Shown piece after piece: positions 1 to 8,015 of a stretch of 32,000 bases of DNA. The stretch's first letter is position 1. Each line of letters starts with the position of its first letter. The position numbers and the translations under genes are program-made. Below the pieces are notes generated by a model. The model ran no database searches and was not told the DNA's origin. It saw nothing but the letters and a program-made list of their open reading frames with translations. The stretch covers positions 30,001 through 62,000 of the forward strand of contig NZ_CP059199.1 in the NCBI RefSeq assembly GCF_014251775.1. Reading direction: 5' to 3'. Source of the stretch: Candidatus Saccharimonadota bacterium. Lineage in GTDB: Bacteria > Bacteroidota > Bacteroidia > Flavobacteriales > Blattabacteriaceae.

Positions 1-1041
1 GAAAAACCTTTATTACATACTATGATAAACGTAATAATGATGATTACACAATCATTTTTAATAACATATATGTTTTCCTGTCATAAAAATTTTTTTACTA
101 TAAAAAATAACTATTATTTATACTTTTTTAAAATAGTAAATTCTTTTACTAATAGAATTGGTTATATATTTTTTGCAAATATGGTGGCATCTTTTATTAA
201 TTTTATTTTAATACTTCCTATTATACTAAGAATAGTAAGATTTTCAAAATTTAAAATATCTCTTGCAAAAGAGATGATTCATTATAGTTTTCCTATAATG
301 ACTGGAACTATTGCTTTTTCTATTAATGAAAATTTAGATAAAATTTTGATTAAAAGATGGCTTTCTGATGATATAAATGGAGCATATTCTGCATGTTATA
401 AAGTAGGATCTTTTATGAGTTTATATATAAGAATTTTTCGATTAGGGATCGAACCATTTTTTTTTAAAAAATCTAAAGATACTAATGCAAAATATTTTTA
501 TGAAGAAATTACATATTTGTTTATTTTATTTGGATTATTATTTTATGTATTAGTATGTGGAAATTTAAAATTTATTATTCATTTATTAATTAATAAAAGA
601 TATCATTTTGCAATTTCTATTATTCCTATAATAATAATGGGAAATTTATTTTTGGGAATATACAATAATTTATCTATTTTTTATAAAATTTTAAATCGTC
701 CTTTGGTGGGGACTTATATTTCTTTAATAGGAGTTTTAATAACGTTATTATTTAATTTTATTTTTATAAATAATCCGAATAATAATTTTATAATTCCTGC
801 TTGGGGAACTTTTATGTCTTATGGATTTATGCTGTTACTCCTATTTATTTGGAATAAAAGAACTTTTCCAAAATTTTGTAAAGAAATAAAAAATATATTA
901 TTACATTTTTTTATTGCAAATTTTACTGTATTTATAACTAATAGAAATCAAAATATAATAATTAATATTATAATTCAATTATTATATTTAATAATTATTC
1001 TAATAATCGAACGAAAAAAATTGTTAACTCTTTTAAAATAA
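1..1041 (+). CDS. Polysaccharide/oligosaccharide flippase-family membrane protein (MOP/Wzx-MurJ-like), 5'-truncated by the window edge
   Basis: Frame 1 is open from base 1 (EKPLLHT precedes the first ATG at 22), so the gene probably starts upstream of the window. The protein is a string of hydrophobic helices separated by short K/R/N loops. A flippase-like gene immediately upstream of dut, followed by a nucleotidyltransferase, is an arrangement I recall from Flavobacteriia. No catalytic motif is available to confirm the call. Confidence 0.5.
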   Translation, partial: EKPLLHTMINVIMMITQSFLITYMFSCHKNFFTIKNNYYLYFFKIVNSFTNRIGYIFFANMVASFINFILILPIILRIVRFSKFKISLAKEMIHYSFPIMTGTIAFSINENLDKILIKRWLSDDINGAYSACYKVGSFMSLYIRIFRLGIEPFFFKKSKDTNAKYFYEEITYLFILFGLLFYVLVCGNLKFIIHLLINKRYHFAISIIPIIIMGNLFLGIYNNLSIFYKILNRPLVGTYISLIGVLITLLFNFIFINNPNNNFIIPAWGTFMSYGFMLLLLFIWNKRTFPKFCKEIKNILLHFFIANFTVFITNRNQNIIINIIIQLLYLIIILIIERKKLLTLLK

Positions 1042-1050
1042 TTAACTAAA

Positions 1051-1410
1051 TTGCATTTATATAAAAACTTTCCAAAAGTAATTTTAAATAATATTGATAA
1101 TCCAATTAAAATTAGATTATTTGATCGAAAACTAATTTCTAGTGGTATTATTATACCATTAAAATTAAAAAAACATTTTATTGTTTTAAAAAAAATTTTT
1201 ATTAAATCTATTTGTATTATTCATATTACAAATATCATGGAAGTAAAAATACTTTTAATAAATGTTTGTTATAAAAAACTTATAATTTATCCAAAAGAAA
1301 AAATAGCAATGATAGATTTTTTTGAAAAAATAAATGTTAATTGGAAAAATTCTATTCATTTGAAAAAAAGTAATAGAGGAAAAAAATGTTTCGGAAGTAC
1401 CGGAATATAA
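1051..1410 (+). CDS. dut: dUTPase (Dut) homolog, strongly degenerate; TTG start
   Basis: The C-terminus SNRGKKCFGSTGI matches dUTPase motif V (RGxxGFGSTG). The preceding blocks line up without gaps against typical flavobacterial Dut: ILLINVCYKKLIIYPKEKIAMIDFF against vILvNlsnddfvIenGeRIAQlvI. Motif III (GxIDxDYRGE) reads IIHITNIMEVK and motif II (RPRSG) reads VLKKIF. The ORF has 119 codons without a stop in an approximately 20% GC background. Confidence 0.55.
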   Translation: MHLYKNFPKVILNNIDNPIKIRLFDRKLISSGIIIPLKLKKHFIVLKKIFIKSICIIHITNIMEVKILLINVCYKKLIIYPKEKIAMIDFFEKINVNWKNSIHLKKSNRGKKCFGSTGI

Positions 1411-1427
1411 TATCTATTTTAAAAAAA

Positions 1428-2471
1428 ATGAAAATTATAATCCCCATAGCAGGAAGAGGTATTCGTCTTTATCCTCATACTTTATGTACACCTAAAACAT
1501 TTTTAAACATTGCTGGAAAATCAATTTTAAAAAGACTATTAGATGAGTTATTAGAAATAATTAATTTTTTTTCAATAAAAGAAATAATTTTTATAGTTAA
1601 TTTAAATACAGATAAAATAAAAGTAGAAAAAAAATTAAGAAAATTAACTGATGATATAGGAATTAATTCTATTATATATTTTCAAAAAGAACCATTAGGA
1701 ACAGCAGATGCTATATTAAAAGCTAAAAAATCTTTAATAGGTGATCCAGTTATTATAGTATTTTCCGATGCACTATTTCATAAAATAGATTTTAAAGAAA
1801 ATATAAATCAAATTTTAAATAATAAAAATATTATATGGACTAATCAAATAAAAAATCCTACTACTTTTGGAGTAGTAAAATGTAATTCTTCTGGAAGAAT
1901 TATTAATTTTATAGAAAAACCAAATAATTTTATTTCTGATTTAGCTATTGTTGGAATTTACTATTTTCATAATAGTCTTATTTTAAAAGAAGAATTACAA
2001 TATGTAATCAATAATAATATTAAGAATAATAAAGAATACCAATTAACAACTGTACTAGAAAATATGAGAAAAAAAGGTGAAATATTTATTAGTCAATTAG
2101 TTAAAAATTGGATTGATTTTGGAAATATAAAAACTATTATTTCATCAATTTCAAAAATTTTATCTATAGATTGTAAAAAAAAATTGAAATTAATTCATAA
2201 GAATTCGTTACTGAAAAATAGTATTATTATCGAACCATCTTATATAGGCGAATCTACCATAATAGAAAATAGTATAATAGGACCATACGTATCAATAGGA
2301 AAATTTTCATATATAAAAAATAGTAATATTAAAAAATCATTAATTCAAAATTATGCAAATGTAGTTTCTTCTAATTTAGAAAATAGTATAATAGGAAATT
2401 ATACATCTTATAAAGAAAAAGCAAAAAAGATAAATTTAGGTGATTATTCTACCATAAAAAATAATTCATAA
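1428..2471 (+). CDS. Sugar-phosphate nucleotidyltransferase with C-terminal left-handed beta-helix (G1P thymidylyl/uridylyl-transferase-like)
   Basis: MKIIIPIAGRGIRLYPHTLCTPKTFL is the NTP-transferase signature (GxGTRLxPxTxxxPK). FGVV and EKP blocks follow. The C-terminal third has hexapeptide-like repeats (NSIIIEPSYIGESTIIENSIIGPYVSIGKFSYIKNSNI). The track ORF starts at 1386 and overlaps dut. The ATG at 1428 aligns with the conserved N-terminus and removes the overlap. Confidence 0.75.
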   Translation: MKIIIPIAGRGIRLYPHTLCTPKTFLNIAGKSILKRLLDELLEIINFFSIKEIIFIVNLNTDKIKVEKKLRKLTDDIGINSIIYFQKEPLGTADAILKAKKSLIGDPVIIVFSDALFHKIDFKENINQILNNKNIIWTNQIKNPTTFGVVKCNSSGRIINFIEKPNNFISDLAIVGIYYFHNSLILKEELQYVINNNIKNNKEYQLTTVLENMRKKGEIFISQLVKNWIDFGNIKTIISSISKILSIDCKKKLKLIHKNSLLKNSIIIEPSYIGESTIIENSIIGPYVSIGKFSYIKNSNIKKSLIQNYANVVSSNLENSIIGNYTSYKEKAKKINLGDYSTIKNNS

Positions 2472-2483
2472 ATTTTTTAATTT

Positions 2484-2505
2484 TAGTGTTATATTAGTGT
2501 TATAA
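2484..2505. repeat. Tandem 11-bp direct repeat upstream of tatA
   Basis: tagtgttatat (2484-2494) is followed directly by tagtgttataa (2495-2505). They are 10/11 identical and lie in the 58-bp spacer before tatA. Confidence 0.9.
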
Positions 2506-2529
2506 TAATATCAATAAATAATAATATTA

Positions 2530-2739
2530 ATGATTTATTTTTTTTATACATTATTAATTATATTGGGAACCTTTGGAACTAGTGAAATAGTAGTAATTGT
2601 TATTCTTGCTCTTTTATTATTCGGAGGTAAAAAAATACCTGAATTAATGAAGGGATTAGGAACCGGATTAAAAGAATTTAAAAAAGCTTCTGAACTAGAG
2701 AATTCTGAAGATAATTTAGACTCTGATTCTGATAAATAA
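2530..2739 (+). CDS. tatA: Twin-arginine translocase subunit TatA/E
   Basis: A single N-terminal TM helix is followed by the hinge and amphipathic helix: [34 protein letters not shown]. This is the canonical TatA pattern (LLFGxkKlPelxrxlGkgxxxFK). The tail is acidic. Confidence 0.8.
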   Translation: MIYFFYTLLIILGTFGTSEIVVIVILALLLFGGKKIPELMKGLGTGLKEFKKASELENSEDNLDSDSDK

Positions 2740-2878
2740 TAATATTTATTGTTGTTCAGATATAAAGTTCAACATTAATTGATTATTTATATTACGCAGA
2801 TCTTATTAACATTTTTCTTATTCTTATTTCAGTTTTTTTAATAATTAAAAAGAATTTATTTTAAATATATTAAATATT

Positions 2879-3874
2879 ATGAAAGAAAAAATTGATCAAA
2901 AAAGAAAATCTGTAGAAGCAGTTTTAGAAAAAATGGATAAGATGTACGGAAAAGGTACTGTAATGCGAATGGGAGATTCAAATTTAGAAAATTTAGAAAC
3001 TATATCTTCTGGATCAATTAGTTTAGATATAGCTTTAGGAATAAATGGACTGCCAAAAGGAAGGATTATTGAAATATTTGGTCCAGAATCTTCTGGAAAA
3101 ACTACTTTAGCTTTGCATGCTATTACTCAATCTCAAAAAAAAGGGGGTTTTGCAAGCTTTATTGATGCTGAACATGCTTTCGATTGTTATTATGCAGAAA
3201 AAATTGGAGTAAATATAAAAGAATTAATTATATCCCAACCAGATAATGGCGAACAAGCATTAGAAATAGTAGACAATTTAATAAGATCTCGAGTAATTGA
3301 TATGATAGTAGTTGATTCTGTAGCTGCATTAATACCTAAAAGTGAAATAGAAGGAGAAATGGGAGAAACTAAAATTGGATTACAAGCTAGATTAATGTCA
3401 CAAGCATTAAGAAAACTAACTTCCAGCATTGGAAAATCTAAAAGTATATTAATATTTATTAATCAATTAAGAGAAAAAATTGGAGTATATGGAAATCCAG
3501 AAGTAACTACCGGTGGTAATGCTTTAAAATTTTATTCTTCAATAAGATTAGATATAAGAAGAGGTATACAAATTAAAAATGGTGACAAAATATTAGGAAA
3601 TAGGACTAGAGTAAAAGTAGTAAAAAATAAATTATCTCCGCCATTTAAAATAGCTGAATTTGATATTATGTATGGAGAAGGAATATCTAGAACAGGTGAA
3701 ATATTAGATTTAGGAGTGAATTTAGGAATAATTAAAAAAAATGGATCTTGGTTTAGTTATAAGGAAATTAAATTAGGTCAAGGAAGAGATTCAGTAAAAG
3801 AATTTTTAAAAGACAAAAATAATATCATAAACGAAATTCAAAAAAGTATCATTAATCAGTATAATTTTAAATAA
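2879..3874 (+). CDS. recA: Recombinase RecA
   Basis: Walker [13 protein letters not shown] is present. Other RecA blocks include [50 protein letters not shown] and VKVVKNK. The whole sequence can be aligned by eye to RecA. Confidence 0.97.
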   Translation: MKEKIDQKRKSVEAVLEKMDKMYGKGTVMRMGDSNLENLETISSGSISLDIALGINGLPKGRIIEIFGPESSGKTTLALHAITQSQKKGGFASFIDAEHAFDCYYAEKIGVNIKELIISQPDNGEQALEIVDNLIRSRVIDMIVVDSVAALIPKSEIEGEMGETKIGLQARLMSQALRKLTSSIGKSKSILIFINQLREKIGVYGNPEVTTGGNALKFYSSIRLDIRRGIQIKNGDKILGNRTRVKVVKNKLSPPFKIAEFDIMYGEGISRTGEILDLGVNLGIIKKNGSWFSYKEIKLGQGRDSVKEFLKDKNNIINEIQKSIINQYNFK

Positions 3875-3876
3875 TT

Positions 3877-4656
3877 ATGAAAATTACTTTTTTAGGAACT
3901 GGTACGTCTCAAGGAATTCCTATTATCGGATCTAAACATCCTGTTTGTTTATCAAAAGATCCTAAAGATAAAAGATTACGAAGTTCAATATTAATTGAAA
4001 TTAATCATATGTTTTTTTTAATAGATTGCAGTCCAGATTTTAGATATCAAATGTTACGAAATAATTTTAATAAAGTAAATGCTATTTTTATTACACATGA
4101 ACATTATGATCATATAGGTGGTTTAGAAGATATTAGACCTATTAATTTTCATAAAAAAATAATTCATACGATTCCTATTTATGGATTAGATAGAGTTTTA
4201 AAAAATTTAGAAAAAAGATTTTTTTATCTTTTTTCAGGAGAAAAAAAAAAAAATATTTTCAGAATTTCCTTTAATAAATTAGAAAAAAATTGTGAAAATT
4301 TTTATATTTCTAATATAAAAATATATCCATTATACGTATTTCATAATACTTTACCTATATTAGGATTTCGCATTAAAAATTTTGCCTATTTAACAGATAT
4401 TAGTGATATTCCAATTGATACAATGAATAGATTAAAAGGATTAAATATTTTAGTTTTAAATATTTTAAGAAAAAAATCTAAAGATAATAAATTTTTATTT
4501 TCAGAAACTTTAAATATTATTCGTTTAATTCAACCAAAAAAAACTTATTTGACACATATTAGTAATAAAATTGGTTTTCATAAAAAAATACAAGAAAAAT
4601 TACCTAAAAATGTTTATTTAGCTTATGATGGCTTAAAAATATATAATAAAATTTAA
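3877..4656 (+). CDS. MBL-fold metallo-hydrolase (PhnP/GPMB-like)
   Basis: MKITFLGTGTSQGIP forms the N-terminal strand. THEHYDHIGG is the HxHxDH zinc motif. The gene starts 2 nt after the recA stop. Confidence 0.75.
   Translation: MKITFLGTGTSQGIPIIGSKHPVCLSKDPKDKRLRSSILIEINHMFFLIDCSPDFRYQMLRNNFNKVNAIFITHEHYDHIGGLEDIRPINFHKKIIHTIPIYGLDRVLKNLEKRFFYLFSGEKKKNIFRISFNKLEKNCENFYISNIKIYPLYVFHNTLPILGFRIKNFAYLTDISDIPIDTMNRLKGLNILVLNILRKKSKDNKFLFSETLNIIRLIQPKKTYLTHISNKIGFHKKIQEKLPKNVYLAYDGLKIYNKI
4241..4253 (+). repeat. A13 homopolymer inside the MBL-hydrolase CDS
   Basis: Counted directly: gag followed by 13 A, then tattttc. It encodes E-K-K-K-N. Confidence 0.95.
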
Positions 4657-4720
4657 TAACAATTATTATGATTCATTTTTTCCTATTTTTTGATTTTTCA
4701 TAAAAAAAATTCAATTTAAA

Positions 4721-7700
4721 ATGGAAATCTTAAAAAAATTTTTTTTATCAACAAAAATAACATCTATATTATTTTTAATAATAGCTATTTCCATGGCAAT
4801 AGCTACATTTATAGAAAAAAAATATTCTACTAATATCGCTAAAATATTTATTTATGAATCTACTTGGTTTGAAATTATAATATCTTTAATTGTAATTAAT
4901 TTAGTTTTTAATATATGGAAATATAAATTATGGAATAATAATAAAATTCCTGTTTTAATTTTTCATTTATCATTTATTTTTATTTTTATTGGTGGGATTT
5001 TATCTAGATATTTTAGTGACGAAGGAGTAATCTATTTAAGAGAAGGTAGGTTTACCAATAAAGTACTTTCTCAAAATAATTATATTAAATTAAGTATTAA
5101 TAAAGGAAATTATAATAAAAAAAATTATTTTGATAAATTTATACTTTCTTCTTTTCATAAAGATTATAAAAAAAAATTTTTTTTTAAAAAAAAACCCTTA
5201 AAAGTAAGTATTATAAAATGTATTCCATGTCCAAAATTATTTATTTTAAAAAATAATCATGAAAAAAAGATATTAAGAATTATATATTTAAAAAATAATA
5301 ATAAAAATGAATCTTTTCTTAAAGAAAATGAAAAAATAAAAATTAATAAAATTAATTTTTATTTAAATAAAAATATCCATCTTAATGGAATACAAATTTT
5401 TGAAAAATCTGGAAATATATATATAAGGTCATCTTTTTCTGGAAAATGCATAAATATGATTAATGGAATTTCTAATCCATTAAAAAAAAATTATGATGAA
5501 ATTTTGAAAATTAGACATTTATATGAAATAAAAATTAATTCTTATAATAAATTTTATTTTGTAATTCCTGAAAAAATTTTAAAAGGAAAATTAAAATATA
5601 TACAATCATGTGAAAAGGAAGATGACAATTCAATTTATGCTATTACTGCAAAAATTTGTTTTCAAGGAAAAAAAAAGATTATAAATTTTTTTGGTGGAAA
5701 TCATTCCTTAAAAATGAGTGATCCAATCTTTATTGATAAATATAAAATATCCATCGGATATGGATCGAAATTTTTAAATATTCCTTTTTATTTACGTTTA
5801 AATAAATTTAATTTAGAAAATTACCCTGGATCTAATTCCCCATCTTCTTATACTAGTGAAATTACATTAATAGATAAAAATAAATGTAAAGATTACATTA
5901 TTTATATGAATAATGTCCTAAATTATAAAGGATACAGATTTTTTCAATCTGGATATGATCCAGATAATAAGGGAACATATCTTTTTATTAACAATAATTA
6001 TTTGGGAACATTATTTTCTTATATAGGATATATATTTATGGTTATTGGTATGTTTTTTACTCTTTTTTGGAAGGGAACTAGATTTGATTATCTTAAAAAG
6101 AAATTAAATCATTTAACACATAATAAAAATTTTTTTATTATATTTTTTATAACCACCTTATTAGGGATTAACAATATTTATTCTCAATTTAATGAAAATT
6201 CATCTCTGAAAATAGATGAAATTTCTGATTTTATTCATATTCCTAAAAAACATTCGGATAAGTTTGCTAAACTATTAGTACAAGATCCTAAAGGAAGAAT
6301 AAAGCCAATTAATACTATGGCAATTGAATTATTAAGAAAAATTTATAAAAAAGATTCTATAGGTAATATTGATGCTAATCAATGGTTCATATCAATGCAC
6401 CAAGATAATATTTTTTGGATGAAAGTTCCATTTATAAAAATGGATAAAAATATAAATTTTTTTAAAAAAAATAAAAGTTATTATGCATCTCTAATGGATT
6501 TTTATGTTTTAGATAAGAAAACTTCTAAATTAAAATATATCTTCCAAAAAGATTATCAAAAATCTTTTTCAAAGAATCCAATACATAGAAATGAATATGA
6601 TAAATCTATTATCCGGATTACTGAACGTGTTGGAATTATACATGAAATATTTCAAGGAAAATATACTAGAATATTTCCAATTCCAAATGATAATAATAAT
6701 ACTTGGTCAAGTTGGATAAAAAATAATCAACTATATCCTTTAGGTTATTCAATGTTAAATAATTATTTAAAATCTTTATTAGATTCTGAAAATAATAAAA
6801 ATTGGAATATTGCAGATAATGAATTAAATAAAATAAAAATATTCCAAATAAAGAATTCTAAATTAGTTCTACCTTCAAAAGAAAAGATATCTGCCGAAAT
6901 TATTTATAATAAAATAAACATATTTTATTATTTATCTTTCTTTTATATTGTTTTAGGTATTATTATTATATTAAACTCATTTTCAACAATTTTTTTTAAA
7001 AAAAAAATAATAAATTTTTTACAAAAAATATTTTTAATAAATTTATTTATATCATTTATAATTCAATTTTTCGGATTAATCATTAGATGGTATATATCTA
7101 ATCATGCTCCATGGACTAATGGATATGAATCGGCGATATTTATTAGTTGGTCTATTATAGGAGTAGGATTATTTTTTTATAAAAATAAATTTTTACCTGG
7201 AATTACATCTTTAATTTCATCAATATTATTAATGATTGCACATGGAAATGCAATGGATCCTGAAATAACTAATTTAGTTCCAGTATTAAAATCATCTTGG
7301 TTAATTACACATGTAGCCACAATAACTTCTAGCTATGGATTTTTTTTCACAAGTTCTGTAATAGGAATTTTAGTTTTAATTCTTTTTATCTTTAAAAATA
7401 TTTTTTATTCTTATAGTAAAAAAATTTTTAATCAAATACAAAAATTAACTATAATAAATGAAATGTGTCTTACTATAGGAATATTTTTATTAACAATAGG
7501 AACCATTTTAGGATCAGTTTGGGCTAATAATAGTTGGGGACGTTATTGGAGTTGGGATCCAAAAGAAACGTGGGCTTTTATTAGCATTATGATTTATGCA
7601 TTTATATTGCATATTCGTTTCATTCCTAAAATGAAAAATATAATAATTTTTAATTTTCTTAGTGTATTATCGATAATAACTATCATTATGACTTATTTTG

Positions 7701-7858
7701 GAGTAAATTATTATTTATCGGGATTACATTCTTATGCAAAAGGTGATCCAATTTCTATTCCTAATTGGATATACTATATGTTATTGATTTTATTATTTAT
7801 TTCAAGTTTAGCTTTTTATTGTGAAACATATAAAAAAATAAAAATAAAAGAAAAATAA
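4721..7858 (+). CDS. ccsBA: System II cytochrome c biogenesis protein, fused CcsB(ResB)-CcsA(ResC)
   Basis: The 1045-aa protein has N-terminal TM helices, a large soluble region and a C-terminal polytopic domain. The C-terminal domain carries the Trp-rich heme-handling WWD motif WGRYWSWDPKETWAF (nt 7535-7579) with flanking conserved His. A single-polypeptide fusion is typical of Bacteroidetes. Confidence 0.85.
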   Translation: MEILKKFFLSTKITSILFLIIAISMAIATFIEKKYSTNIAKIFIYESTWFEIIISLIVINLVFNIWKYKLWNNNKIPVLIFHLSFIFIFIGGILSRYFSDEGVIYLREGRFTNKVLSQNNYIKLSINKGNYNKKNYFDKFILSSFHKDYKKKFFFKKKPLKVSIIKCIPCPKLFILKNNHEKKILRIIYLKNNNKNESFLKENEKIKINKINFYLNKNIHLNGIQIFEKSGNIYIRSSFSGKCINMINGISNPLKKNYDEILKIRHLYEIKINSYNKFYFVIPEKILKGKLKYIQSCEKEDDNSIYAITAKICFQGKKKIINFFGGNHSLKMSDPIFIDKYKISIGYGSKFLNIPFYLRLNKFNLENYPGSNSPSSYTSEITLIDKNKCKDYIIYMNNVLNYKGYRFFQSGYDPDNKGTYLFINNNYLGTLFSYIGYIFMVIGMFFTLFWKGTRFDYLKKKLNHLTHNKNFFIIFFITTLLGINNIYSQFNENSSLKIDEISDFIHIPKKHSDKFAKLLVQDPKGRIKPINTMAIELLRKIYKKDSIGNIDANQWFISMHQDNIFWMKVPFIKMDKNINFFKKNKSYYASLMDFYVLDKKTSKLKYIFQKDYQKSFSKNPIHRNEYDKSIIRITERVGIIHEIFQGKYTRIFPIPNDNNNTWSSWIKNNQLYPLGYSMLNNYLKSLLDSENNKNWNIADNELNKIKIFQIKNSKLVLPSKEKISAEIIYNKINIFYYLSFFYIVLGIIIILNSFSTIFFKKKIINFLQKIFLINLFISFIIQFFGLIIRWYISNHAPWTNGYESAIFISWSIIGVGLFFYKNKFLPGITSLISSILLMIAHGNAMDPEITNLVPVLKSSWLITHVATITSSYGFFFTSSVIGILVLILFIFKNIFYSYSKKIFNQIQKLTIINEMCLTIGIFLLTIGTILGSVWANNSWGRYWSWDPKETWAFISIMIYAFILHIRFIPKMKNIIIFNFLSVLSIITIIMTYFGVNYYLSGLHSYAKGDPISIPNWIYYMLLILLFISSLAFYCETYKKIKIKEK
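5168..5194 (+). repeat. A9-T9-A9 homopolymer triplet inside ccsBA
   Basis: Counted directly: A9 at 5168-5176, T9 at 5177-5185 and A9 at 5186-5194. In frame it encodes KKKFFFKKK. Confidence 0.95.
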
Positions 7859-8015
7859 TATTGTCTATTATAATTAAACATTATATATAGCAAAATTTTA
7901 AAATGAAATTAAAAAAAATAATTCAATTATATCTAAGTAATAATGTAATTGATTCTATAAAACAGATAAATAAAAAAAATAAACATAATCCCATAATTTA
8001 GTTATTTTTTCTTCT

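Noticed and set aside
1386-1427. 25-nt coding overlap between dut and the nucleotidyltransferase, implied by the track start at 1386.
   Set aside because: The conserved nucleotidyltransferase N-terminus (MKIIIPIAGRG) begins at the ATG at 1428. The 14 upstream codons (MFRKYRNIISILKK) have no counterpart in homologs, so the overlap is most likely an ORF-caller artefact.
2740-2878. 139-bp spacer upstream of recA, examined for a terminator hairpin after tatA, a Bacteroidetes-type promoter (TTTG / TAnnTTTG) or an SOS-box-like palindrome.
   Set aside because: I could not find a convincing inverted repeat or a TAnnTTTG match by eye. Any call would be guesswork without a scan and transcript data.
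3190-3429. 79-aa minus-strand ORF antisense to recA. Similar antisense or alternate-frame ORFs lie at 7955-8188, 10424-10630, 13558-13767, 14131-14319, 21581-21784, 21929-22150, 26240-26440, 26547-26783, 29362-29553, 29384-29575 and 30284-30499.
   Set aside because: Each lies entirely or largely inside a longer, motif-validated gene on the other strand or in another frame. Their translations are low-complexity and hydrophobic (I/F/L/S-rich) with no recognisable motifs. They are shadow ORFs.
7903-8001. 32-codon ORF (MKLKKIIQLYLSNNVIDSIKQINKKNKHNPII) in the largest intergenic spacer (7859-8015), between ccsBA and alaS.
   Set aside because: At this base composition a 32-codon stop-free run is expected by chance several times per window. 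With a rough stop frequency of 0.1 per codon, the chance per position is a few percent. It has no motif, no obvious ribosome-binding context and a K/N/I-biased sequence. The spacer also shows no GC-rich or structured segment suggestive of an RNA gene.
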